A stretch of 64,000 bases of DNA from assembly GCA_036170915.1 (NCBI GenBank), contig JAVHQC010000022.1, positions 32,001-96,000 of the forward strand. The letters are read 5' to 3'. This DNA comes from Cyanobacteria bacterium auto_48_18. Its GTDB lineage: Bacteria; Cyanobacteriota; Vampirovibrionia; Obscuribacterales; Obscuribacteraceae. Positions 17,783 to 26,958 of the stretch are shown piece after piece. The notes under the pieces were generated by a model. It saw nothing but the letters and a program-made list of their open reading frames with translations. It was not told where the DNA came from and ran no database searches. The translations under genes were made by a program, and so were the position numbers. Within the stretch, counting starts at the first letter, position 1. Each line of letters opens with the position of its first letter.

Positions 17783-18610
17783 TTACTCTAAAAAGAAATC
17801 GCGCATCAACGCAGATTTTGAATCTGGATTGACTAGATATTGATCGAGATTATCTACACCAGCTGTTTTAAGCACGTCTACATCAATAAAGAAATTTCCG
17901 GTGCAATCGGTTGCCGGTTGATTGAAAATAAAGTAAGCGGCGTCGGCTACTATTTCGGGTTTGCGACTGCATTGCATGGCTTTTTCACCGCCAAGCAAAT
18001 TCTTCACTGCAGCGGTAGCAATTGCTGTTTCTGGCCAGAGTGAGTTGACTGCGATTTTCTTAGATTTCAGTTCTGCAGCCATTCCTAGAGTGCACATACT
18101 CATGCCGTATTTTGCCATGGTGTAAGCGACGTGCGGAGCAAACCAGCGCTTTGACATATTGAGTGGCGGAGAAAGGTTGAGAATGTGCGCGTTAGCAGCT
18201 TTCTCTAAATGTGGAATAGCTAGTTTGGAACATAAAAACGTACCGCGGGCGTTGACTTGATTCATCAAATCGTAGCGTTTCATTTCGGTCTCTAATGTGC
18301 CTGTCAGGCTAATGGCGCTGGCATTGTTGACGAGAATATCTATGCCGCCAAAGTGCGACACTGTTTGAGCGATGGCAGCTTTTATTTGTTCTTCATCACG
18401 CACATCACATTTGAGTGCCAAAGCTTTTCCGCCTGCCGCCTCAATTTCAGCCGCCGCCGAATAAATTGTGCCTGGCAATTTTTCGTGCTCTTCTACGGTT
18501 TTTGCCGCAATGGAAATACTGGCACCGTCTTGCGCAGCACGCAGAGCAATTGCCAGACCAATACCCCGGGAGGCACCGGTGATAAAAAGTACTTTTCCCT
18601 GAAGGCTCAT
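17783..18610 (-). CDS. short-chain dehydrogenase/reductase (HSDL2-like)
   Basis: TGASRGIG, NNASAI, YTMAK. Confidence 0.95.
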   Translation of the reverse strand: MSLQGKVLFITGASRGIGLAIALRAAQDGASISIAAKTVEEHEKLPGTIYSAAAEIEAAGGKALALKCDVRDEEQIKAAIAQTVSHFGGIDILVNNASAISLTGTLETEMKRYDLMNQVNARGTFLCSKLAIPHLEKAANAHILNLSPPLNMSKRWFAPHVAYTMAKYGMSMCTLGMAAELKSKKIAVNSLWPETAIATAAVKNLLGGEKAMQCSRKPEIVADAAYFIFNQPATDCTGNFFIDVDVLKTAGVDNLDQYLVNPDSKSALMRDFFLE

Positions 18611-18628
18611 TTTTATTCCTAACTAATT

Positions 18629-20380
18629 TTAGTCGTCTAGATTATGCAGGCCGATTAAACTGGGCATTGACGGTCTGCCGCGCAGTATGCGCGAAACGCG
18701 CTGCACCAATTGATAAGTGGTGGGCTCAGCGTCGCCTTTGGGAAGCCTACCATTTTTTGCCAGCCAGGTGGCTCGACCCACGGCACCCTCAACCTGTTGG
18801 GGAGTCATGCCCAAGCCCTGCAGTTCAAGCTTTCCGGCAGGATTGTTGTAGGTGGTGACAAAGTCATTTAATTTGGTCACTGTTTCTACGGGCAACGGTT
18901 TTTTTGCGGCTGCTTCATAGAGATATTGACTGAGATTTTCATAACCGCGCCTGAGCCCTGCGCGAGGAATCAAATCGAGTTGACTGGTCGCTGGTCGCAA
19001 ACCATCACCAAGGTCGATATTCTTTACTGCCACTTTCCCTGGGGTTTTGTCAGCAATAAAATTGAGGGCATGGTTGTCCCATTCGCCCATAACTAAACGC
19101 TTAGCCCAGGCTTCTTGATAGCTTTCAAAAAGTGGTTTATTTTGCACAAACTCGTCAATTACTTTTTTCGGCGGCGGTTTGAAGAGTGAGCGTTGCCCGC
19201 CAGGATTCACAACTTCAAGCAAATTCTTGCCTTGCAATTCTTGTACGTAACCATGAACAGGTTTTCCGTTAACTTCAACGGTACGCGCCACTGAAACAGG
19301 CATTGAATTTTCAAGTTTGATTTTTCCGGCCAGGCCGTAGCCGGCTATTTCAGATTGCATACGTACGGCAAATGGTTCGGTGCCTGTATGCGGGCGGAAA
19401 AGCACAGGAATTTCGCCTTCAGCTGTTTTGATGGTGCCTTTTAATGTGGGGGTTTGCAAGTTGGCTACTTCGCGACCGGGTGTAAACTCGCCATCGCGCA
19501 AAGCTGCCTGCCGTGCGTCGGCAATTTTACCTAATTGAAATGGAGTGCTGCGGGCTTCAGCAACGGCATCAGGACCGTCTTTAACGTTCAGTCGCATGTG
19601 GCGCTCTGACTGCAGACCGCCCACTCGACCCGCAGCTGTAGTCACTATTCCGGAAGCGAGACCACGTTGTAAAATTAGCGGCAGATTGAATTGCTCGTCT
19701 GATTGCCACTGGCGCACAAATTCATTGCCGGTACCAGATGCGGTGCCCATGGTGCCGGCTGCGAGAGTGTGCTTGAGGGGTGTGTCAAAACGAATCGCAC
19801 CGCGGCTCTTCATGTAAGCACGACCCCAGAGGACGTCGGCGGCACCAAAAGTTAAAGCGTCTACAGCAAGATTGCCAGGATTGAAAGCAGTCTTGAGTGT
19901 AGTCGAGAGGCCATTAGTCAGGCTGTATTCACCGGTTTTAGTGACGTAATTTTCGCGGGTCAGGCCTGCTTCGGCAGTGCGACCGATTATGCCCAGCTGC
20001 ACACCGCTCATTGCCGGCGACAGGGCTCGTTTTTCCATCAGAGCAAAACTGCCTTTCAGAGCTGCGGCTTTGCCCAAGCCGAGCGTGGCATCGGTGAGCT
20101 GGTGGGCTGCAGTGTCGCCCACTTTGGCTTGATCGGCTGCGTAAGATAGAGCCAGCCCGCCCAGTGCCAGTTTGCCTTTCATAAACAGCGGAGCAGTTTT
20201 GATGAATGCCCTGCTGTAAGTGCTGATTTCGTCTTCGATGCCCGCGGCTTTGTCGCCAGAAGTGAACGTGCGCACCGTTGGCTCTATTGCCGCGCGCACT
20301 GCTACATCAAGATATGACCGCTCTAGAGCCGTGGGCTCGGCGGCTTTCGCTTGATTTTCGCTATGTTCGAATTTAGGCAT
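18629..20380 (-). CDS. protein with C-terminal PI3/4-kinase/HipA-like atypical kinase domain
   Basis: EIAGYGLA, GEWDNHALN catalytic loop, IDLG; Ala/Gly-rich helical N-terminal half. Confidence 0.7.
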   Translation of the reverse strand: MPKFEHSENQAKAAEPTALERSYLDVAVRAAIEPTVRTFTSGDKAAGIEDEISTYSRAFIKTAPLFMKGKLALGGLALSYAADQAKVGDTAAHQLTDATLGLGKAAALKGSFALMEKRALSPAMSGVQLGIIGRTAEAGLTRENYVTKTGEYSLTNGLSTTLKTAFNPGNLAVDALTFGAADVLWGRAYMKSRGAIRFDTPLKHTLAAGTMGTASGTGNEFVRQWQSDEQFNLPLILQRGLASGIVTTAAGRVGGLQSERHMRLNVKDGPDAVAEARSTPFQLGKIADARQAALRDGEFTPGREVANLQTPTLKGTIKTAEGEIPVLFRPHTGTEPFAVRMQSEIAGYGLAGKIKLENSMPVSVARTVEVNGKPVHGYVQELQGKNLLEVVNPGGQRSLFKPPPKKVIDEFVQNKPLFESYQEAWAKRLVMGEWDNHALNFIADKTPGKVAVKNIDLGDGLRPATSQLDLIPRAGLRRGYENLSQYLYEAAAKKPLPVETVTKLNDFVTTYNNPAGKLELQGLGMTPQQVEGAVGRATWLAKNGRLPKGDAEPTTYQLVQRVSRILRGRPSMPSLIGLHNLDD

Positions 20381-20522
20381 GCGGGGGCTATACCAGAGCT
20401 AAAAGCTACGCCAGTATTATGCCCTCGAAAACCCAAAAACCAAACGTATGACAGCCTTCGAGAGTGCTTCAGCGAATTTCAGGCTGACACTAACGATGTC
20501 TCTCTGCAAAGCCTAAGAAATT

Positions 20523-20566
20523 TTACAACTCATAAGTTGTAATTTTTTACAACCTTTCGGTTGTAA
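20523..20566. repeat. tandem palindromes TTACAAC-N6-GTTGTAA x2
   Basis: Copies at 20523-20542 and 20547-20566, 24-bp period. Confidence 0.85.
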
Positions 20567-20598
20567 AAATCCCTAGGGTGAAGATAAGACACTCTCAG

Positions 20599-21492
20599 TC
20601 AAAGAGCGCCGCCATTTGATTCACGCACTGCTTTGTAAAACTGACTACGCCTCAGCTGATTGACAAAACTTTTGCGTAGTTCCGTCGCACTCTCATCTTG
20701 CGCGTGAAAGCGCTCCATTAACTGCCTGGCTTTATCTGCACGACCACTGAAATAAAGCTGCACTAGAGTGTGATAGAGAGGCTCCCAAGTTTTTTCACTA
20801 CTTTTTACTTTCAATTCGTCTATTAATTGGTCATCTAGTTTGACTGCATTGAGCTTCTTTATAGCCGAGAGATCGACCACAAATTTATTGCGGCGCCAAA
20901 CCATTGGCACTTTTGGAAATTCATAAACTCCAGATCGCCAGTAGCGAAAAATTGCGTCTTCGAATATCAGAATTGGTTGTGATGGCCGGTTTGAGCGCAT
21001 GGTGAGCATGTGGCCGTCACCTAAAGCAAAGTGACCAATGTGGCTGAACTTGTGATTGAGTGAGTAAATATCATAGGTGTAGCAGCAGTGCGCGCCACCA
21101 GTCCACTGGCGAACAATCAATTCGTTGATGCCGTCACCAGTTAGATCAAACAATTTGATTTTTCCATGGCCTGCAAAACCCAGATTTGGATGCTCGCTGG
21201 AAGGATCCACAAGGGCAAAGTCATGCGCGCTCTGGTCGAGCAATACGCGACCGGCACGCGTCACCACCAGCCTTTTGTGAAAGTCGTCACCTGTTCTTTC
21301 TTTGATTTGAATTGTAAATTCGTCATGGCGGCCCAAGTGAAAGGTTTGATTATTGTCGGCTGCAGCCATGGCGGCCAGCGGCGCGATTATGGCTGTAAAT
21401 GATACGGCTGTGAATAGTGTAGCTGTGAACACAGCCGCCGCGAACAAACCCACGAGTGATGCGCTTTTTGGCTGATGGTGGCCTGAGGTCAT
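20599..21492 (-). CDS. exported hypothetical protein with GGAHCC motif
   Basis: Signal peptide; DLTGDGINELIV...TGGAHCC; ATGA overlap with the upstream gene. Confidence 0.8.
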   Translation of the reverse strand: MTSGHHQPKSASLVGLFAAAVFTATLFTAVSFTAIIAPLAAMAAADNNQTFHLGRHDEFTIQIKERTGDDFHKRLVVTRAGRVLLDQSAHDFALVDPSSEHPNLGFAGHGKIKLFDLTGDGINELIVRQWTGGAHCCYTYDIYSLNHKFSHIGHFALGDGHMLTMRSNRPSQPILIFEDAIFRYWRSGVYEFPKVPMVWRRNKFVVDLSAIKKLNAVKLDDQLIDELKVKSSEKTWEPLYHTLVQLYFSGRADKARQLMERFHAQDESATELRKSFVNQLRRSQFYKAVRESNGGAL

Positions 21493-22802
21493 GTTTCCGC
21501 CAGGGGCGCGTATTCTTCTTCACTTAAACCAAATGTCCAGGCCACGGCTTGTCTTGCCCGCATCATATTTGGTGGCACACGTAGAAAGTATTCTTTAATC
21601 GTTCCGTCAGGTTCTGGTGTAGAGTTTTGCACTCTCACCACAAGAATAGGCTCATCGCTGGCCAGGTTCATGCGGTATAAAATGCCGCATTGATCCTGGT
21701 GAATTTTAATAACTCGGCCTTCGCGCAAGTAATTGTCCAGGCCATATCGTTCGATCAGTACGCGGCGAATCTCAGCATTTGGTTCAGACTCGATTAAGTC
21801 AAAAGTAAGGGGTTCAGGCAACAGCACAACGTAGGCGGGCACGAGCACTCCGTGCCAGGCATAGATGCCCCAGCCATCGCGAAATTTCATGGCCATGTCG
21901 GTTTCGTTATGCAGACGACTGCGATTATCGCGGTGCAATGTCTCTGGCTTTTCGGTCAATATGCAAACATTTTCAAATGGCCACCACCAGCTGCTGGTCT
22001 TGGCTAATTCAATCAAACCGTGCAATGGTGCAGTACCTTCCACCCCAATTTGGCTGACAAAGTCATAGTAGGCGAGCCAACCGCTATCATGCTGACCAAA
22101 GCCGCCGTCCCACTTTTGCAAACCGGCAAGTACACCGGCCATGCCGGGCACCACCTGTCTGAGCGGTTCGGCAACGTAACTCCACACCTGTTGGTGCAGT
22201 GGTTTAACCAGTTCGTGATAGATTTGATCAGCAACCGCAGGCGAAAGTCTGCTGTCGATTTTTGCTTTGACCTCGCCTTCGGCCACTGCGCGAATCTGCT
22301 TGTAGACTGAGCTTCCGGCCAGTTGCCTGAGATACTTCCAGACATAAATGCCAAGATTTTCTGCGAAAAGATCCTTTACTTGTTTTTCAATGGCAATGCC
22401 ATGTTTTTCTGCAATCTTTTTTGTAGCAGCCTGGCGAATATTGCGGCGCACCGCCTGCCAGGTTTCGGGGCCAACCATTTCGCCCACAGTCTTGAGCGAT
22501 TGTTGCCAGACTTTATCCCAGACATCGACCTGTCCGGTGTTGAGCTGAGCAGGCCAATCGACGTCGCTGTAGATAAGCTTCATGGCCGTATTTCCGGCCC
22601 AGGGTGATTGCAACCAGATAAAAAGTCGCGGCGGCGCGAGACCAGCTGCGCGGTAGGCTTCTGTGGCGGCGGCTTCAGCTTGCGCGCGGTCGCTCGGGCT
22701 GGTGGAAAAACCAATTCCGCGCCACTTGATGAGGTTTTCTTCTAAAAGATGTTGATCAGCAGGAGGAAGCCAGGTGACGGGCCCACTGTCAGTCGATGAC
22801 AT
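21489..22802 (-). CDS. DUF6745-type domain protein
   Basis: WWWPFENVCILTEKP..LHRD, YAWHGV, NAEIRRVLIE, NSTPEPDGT..YFLRVPP, AVAWTFGL; likely ATG at 22802 overlapping the upstream stop. Confidence 0.85.
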   Translation of the reverse strand: MSSTDSGPVTWLPPADQHLLEENLIKWRGIGFSTSPSDRAQAEAAATEAYRAAGLAPPRLFIWLQSPWAGNTAMKLIYSDVDWPAQLNTGQVDVWDKVWQQSLKTVGEMVGPETWQAVRRNIRQAATKKIAEKHGIAIEKQVKDLFAENLGIYVWKYLRQLAGSSVYKQIRAVAEGEVKAKIDSRLSPAVADQIYHELVKPLHQQVWSYVAEPLRQVVPGMAGVLAGLQKWDGGFGQHDSGWLAYYDFVSQIGVEGTAPLHGLIELAKTSSWWWPFENVCILTEKPETLHRDNRSRLHNETDMAMKFRDGWGIYAWHGVLVPAYVVLLPEPLTFDLIESEPNAEIRRVLIERYGLDNYLREGRVIKIHQDQCGILYRMNLASDEPILVVRVQNSTPEPDGTIKEYFLRVPPNMMRARQAVAWTFGLSEEEYAPLAET

Positions 22803-23142
22803 CTCGAGGAGGCGCCTCCGGTACATATTCTCTTTGTTGCACAACGCGATAAACGCCTTCGGGCAAGAATATTGTGCCGTGCTCTTCGTGCACCAGGTTT
22901 GCACCGCCGGGTTTTGTCACTACGTACCGTTCGCCTTTGGCGGTGAAGAATGAGGCGGTGTCAGTGCTGATGGCGTGGGCGTGTCCTGTCACTTCACCAA
23001 ATTGCAAGATGATGCGCTTCTCGCATTCTACCTCTCGCGCTTCAGCCGGCAGCCTATCAATTTTTTGTACGAGCACATCACCCTGTCTGTAAGTTTGAAA
23101 CTTGATGGTTGGGCGGTCGCCTGTGCGGGTTTTTAAAAGCAT
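22789..23142 (-). CDS. small His-rich putative metal-binding beta-barrel protein, usual partner of DUF6745 genes
   Basis: YRQGDVL, GEVTGHAH, HEEH, YRVVQQREY. Confidence 0.85.
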   Translation of the reverse strand: MLLKTRTGDRPTIKFQTYRQGDVLVQKIDRLPAEAREVECEKRIILQFGEVTGHAHAISTDTASFFTAKGERYVVTKPGGANLVHEEHGTIFLPEGVYRVVQQREYVPEAPPRDVID

Positions 23143-23260
23143 ATGATTTCTCGACTTTAAAAATATTCGGATAAGTGAAAGTCCATTACTTTATCTGCCC
23201 AGTCAGCTTCATGCTGAAACTGTGCAATGAATCAAACGGTTAACAATTTATCGTATCAAT

Positions 23261-24313
23261 TCAACGCATTAATGCGCGAATGCCATAACGCATGGCGTGA
23301 TTGACCGTGGTGCGAGCCACTCGCGCGCCTGTACGCTTGGCTTGGGTTTTGATTGGGTGCGCTTTTGGCGTGTTTCCAATCATGGGCTGACTGGCAAGAT
23401 CTGCACCAGGTGCGATTTTGCCTGAGGCGTCGAGATATTGCTCGTGTTTGTCATAAGTTGGCTTGCCATAGTCTGAATAATGCGCCACGTCAAAGCGCTC
23501 GTAGGGCTCAAAGGGGTGAGTCGCCATGCGTTCGTGCATGACTATGTCTACTGTTTTGACATTGCGAGGCGGAGTTTCGCCGGTGGCCGGGTTTACCGCC
23601 CTTACGTTGTAGAAGAAATCGGAGGCAGGTTTTTTGGCTTCATATTTTAAATCGAAACCTTGCATGTGACTGCGTTTGCTCATGCCCGGGTCGTGTGTGG
23701 CAATATGGGCCGTTTGCAGTTTGGCAAATTGGGCTTTTTTGTCAGCCAGGCTTAATTCTGGATTGACCCAGATAGCATTGAGCTCTTTGGCCAGACCAAA
23801 TTCGTGCGCTAAATCTTCAGCGTGCCAGTAACCGGGCAAGCAGGTCAAAATTGTGCCGTCAGCGGCCAATACAAAAATCTGCAAATTATGCGGCCCGGCG
23901 CCGTTGGTTGTATCAACCGCGGTCTCATCCGGCTTATGTTTGCCTGAAGCCCCGGCATATTTCTGATTTTCGATGTTTCTGTAGCCCACGACAAAATCGT
24001 CTTTGAGCATTGAAAAAACTGGTTCTGTTGAGAGCGACACGGCCCTCAGGCTATTGCCGGCACTTCACGTACTGCCGTCAATTTTGCCCAGCATATGCAC
24101 CCAGACAATTAATTTGCCTGACCGTGACGCCTCGATTTGAGCTTTATTGAGCGATTTGTACCACTCAACCTCGCTTACGAGCTGGTGCACTCTGGCCGAA
24201 CAAACTTCGCCACTCAGCACCTGCTTAGCGGCCTGGGCTGGAGTTGCCAGCAGGGTAAGCATGGCAAGAGCTAATGTTTGGGAACTAATTTGCCGAAAAC
24301 GCTTCTGTAGCAT
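23261..24313 (-). CDS. putative exported thioredoxin-fold (SelN-like) selenoprotein, 350 aa with in-frame TGA at codon 83
   Basis: ORFs 24065-24313 and 23261-24040 share a frame; read-through gives WYKSLNKAQIEASRSGKLIVWVHMLGKIDGST-U-SAGNSLRAVSLSTEPVFSMLKDDFV; signal peptide present. Confidence 0.7.
24029..24048 (-). promoter_or_regulatory. candidate bacterial SECIS hairpin
   Basis: TGAGGGC-CGTGTC-GCTCTCA, 7-bp stem starting 16 nt after the TGA; G at the second loop position. Confidence 0.5.
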
Positions 24314-24566
24314 GACAGTTCTCTTGCCGGTGACTTGGAGGCTTTCACATTTTGAGTACGTGATGTGTAGACAATATCTTCTTTTAAGAGTATTGCAAAG
24401 TGAAAAAAATTGCTTTGACCGGGCGTAGTTTATCGGCTACGAACGTTTGCTGAACGGGCAAGATGATAAAGTCGAAACTATGTACCTGGGTCAAAGCGCT
24501 AAGCGCTTGCTGGACAACCTGCATGAATCATAAAATTAGTCATGCCAAAGTGAGGATCGGAGTAGT

Positions 24567-26891
24567 ATGCGTGTACTTCTAGTAGAAGACAGCTTGGTGC
24601 AAGCTGACGTCGCTCGAAGCAAGCTAGAACAAAGAGGGGTAACCGTTGAGTGTGCAAAGACACTCATGGAGGCTATCGACTTTTTGCAAAATTCTGATTT
24701 TGACGTGATTCTGTTAGACCTTTCGTTGCCTGACAGTCAAGGCGTTGAGACTTTCTACCGAGTGCGCGCCGCTGCGCCTGATATTCCAACGGTTGTTTTA
24801 ACTGGAATTGACGATCAAGACGTGGCGCTCACAGCTTTGAAAAAAGGGGCGCAAGATTATCTCGTCAAAGGCCAGGCCAGTGATGACTCTGTTTATCGCT
24901 GCCTCGGTTATGCCATCGAGCGCAACAACGTAGAACTGGCGTTAATTCGCAGTGAAAAACGTTTGCGCATCATCGTCGAAAATACTTACGACGCATTTAT
25001 TTCAATGGATTCGCACTGGCGCATTACTGATTGGAACGCGCAGGCTGAGCGCACTTTCGGATATAAAAGACAGGAGGCACTGGGGCGTCCGTTATCAATG
25101 ATTGTGCCGCAGCATTTGCGCCGCCAATACACGCGAGAAGTGGCAACCTTCTTCAAAAGTGATGAAGAAGATGATTTTTCGCGCATGCATAGCGAGCTGA
25201 TGTGCACTCACAAAGACGGTCATGAATTTCCCATTGAGATGGGAATTTTTAGAGTGAGAGTGGATAACGGTTGCGTTTACTGCGCATTTGGCCGTGACAT
25301 TACCGAACGCAGACAATTGAACGAAGAACTTGAGCGCCGCGTACAGCTGCGCACCACTGAACTGACGCGCTCAAACGAAGAACTAAAGCAATTCGCTAAA
25401 ATTGCTTCACACGATTTGCAAGAGCCACTGCGGGCGGTGCAAGGATTTGTTAATTTGCTTTCTGAGAGCACAAAGGGCCAGCTCAACAAAGACTGCGAAG
25501 AGTTCATGGAATATATTCTGGATGGCACTCATCGCATGCAGCAATTAATTCAATCTGTATTGCTGCACTCAAGCATTACCAATCATGACAATGACTTCTC
25601 GGCGGCGCCGTCGACTGATGTTGATGGAGTTATCGACGAAGTTCTTGCCAACCTCGATGCTTCGATCAAGGAAAATCATGCTACTCTCGAAGTCGATAAC
25701 TTGCCTGAGGTAGCCGTTGATCGCTCGCAGCTAATTCAGCTATTTCAGAATCTGATTAGTAACGCTATCAAATATCGTGGTGATCAACCGCCGCAAATAT
25801 TCATTACAGCCGAGCGAACTGTTGATGAATGGCTGTTTTCTGTAAGAGATAACGGCATCGGCATTGATTCAAAATATGCAGATCGAATATTTGATATGTT
25901 TGCCCGTCTGCATGGCAAGACAAAGTACAAGGGCACAGGCATGGGCCTGGCCATCTGTAAAAAGATCGTCGCATTGCACGGCGGCAGAATTTGGGTGGAG
26001 TCGGAATTAGGACAGGGGTGCATATTCCTATTTACTCTACCAGCAGCAAGAAGACCCCCGAGGAGAGCGGCCATGGATACTAATATAGAAATACTTTTGT
26101 TTGAAGATACACCTTCAGATGTGCGCCTGACGCAGGAAGCGTTGAAGCGTTCTGATCTGAAATATACGCTCCAAGTTGTTAACGACGGCGTTGAAGGGAT
26201 GGATTATCTCAATGAAGTGAAGCGGTCTGAGACCAAACGCTTGCCTGATTTGATTCTTTTAGACTTGAACATGCCACGTAAAAATGGCCACGAAGTGCTG
26301 GAAGAAATCAAAAGCGATAATCATTTGAAGGGAATTCCAGTGGTGCTTCTCACTGTGTCGCAGCGCGACGAAGACGTAATGGAAGCTTTGAAGACCAAGA
26401 TGAACTACTATCTGGCTAAGCCAATTACTTCTGCCAAGCTTTCAGTGCTTGTGAGAGCCATTTGTGAATTGCAGGCTGAAAATGCCGGCGGTGAACGTCA
26501 TCCGGTAGAAGAAGAAACGCATGTGCGGCTGGTGCTGGCAGGAAATCCACACACATCACCCACAATTTTGGCCAAGCTGGCCACTGATGCCAATGCTCGT
26601 GTACGTGCTCGAGTTGGTGAGAATCCAGAAACTCCAGAGCATTTGCTGACCAAGTTGGCTGATGATGAAGATTCTGATGTACGCCTGGGCGTTTCTGAGA
26701 ACCCAAATATTCCTGCTGCACTGCTCGAGAAATTGGCTAAAGATGCCAATGAAGATGTGCGGTTGTCCATTGCCGGAAATCACAAAGTGCCTAATACGAT
26801 TCTATCGGCCCTGGCCGAAGACCAGAACACCTTTGTGGCCGCTGGTGCAACTAAAACACTAGCTGAACTGGCAAGCGGTTCGCGGTCTTAG
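24567..26891 (+). CDS. hybrid histidine kinase: REC-PAS-HisKA-HATPase-REC-LRV/HEAT repeats
   Basis: LLDLSLPD; ASHDLQEPLR H-box; NLISNAIKY; GTGMGL; Rcp1-like LLDLNMPRKNG; C-terminal VRxxVxENPxxPxxLLxKLAxD repeats. Confidence 0.93.
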   Translation: MRVLLVEDSLVQADVARSKLEQRGVTVECAKTLMEAIDFLQNSDFDVILLDLSLPDSQGVETFYRVRAAAPDIPTVVLTGIDDQDVALTALKKGAQDYLVKGQASDDSVYRCLGYAIERNNVELALIRSEKRLRIIVENTYDAFISMDSHWRITDWNAQAERTFGYKRQEALGRPLSMIVPQHLRRQYTREVATFFKSDEEDDFSRMHSELMCTHKDGHEFPIEMGIFRVRVDNGCVYCAFGRDITERRQLNEELERRVQLRTTELTRSNEELKQFAKIASHDLQEPLRAVQGFVNLLSESTKGQLNKDCEEFMEYILDGTHRMQQLIQSVLLHSSITNHDNDFSAAPSTDVDGVIDEVLANLDASIKENHATLEVDNLPEVAVDRSQLIQLFQNLISNAIKYRGDQPPQIFITAERTVDEWLFSVRDNGIGIDSKYADRIFDMFARLHGKTKYKGTGMGLAICKKIVALHGGRIWVESELGQGCIFLFTLPAARRPPRRAAMDTNIEILLFEDTPSDVRLTQEALKRSDLKYTLQVVNDGVEGMDYLNEVKRSETKRLPDLILLDLNMPRKNGHEVLEEIKSDNHLKGIPVVLLTVSQRDEDVMEALKTKMNYYLAKPITSAKLSVLVRAICELQAENAGGERHPVEEETHVRLVLAGNPHTSPTILAKLATDANARVRARVGENPETPEHLLTKLADDEDSDVRLGVSENPNIPAALLEKLAKDANEDVRLSIAGNHKVPNTILSALAEDQNTFVAAGATKTLAELASGSRS

Positions 26892-26930
26892 ATTCAGGAC
26901 AAAAACTGAAACAGGTGGGTTTAATCTTTG

Positions 26931-26958
26931 AAAACTGAAGCGTGCACGTTTCAGTTTT
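26931..26958. repeat. 28-bp near-perfect palindrome (terminator or operator)
   Basis: AAAACTGAAGCGTGCACGTTTCAGTTTT, with an extra AAAACTGAA at 26902. Confidence 0.7.
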
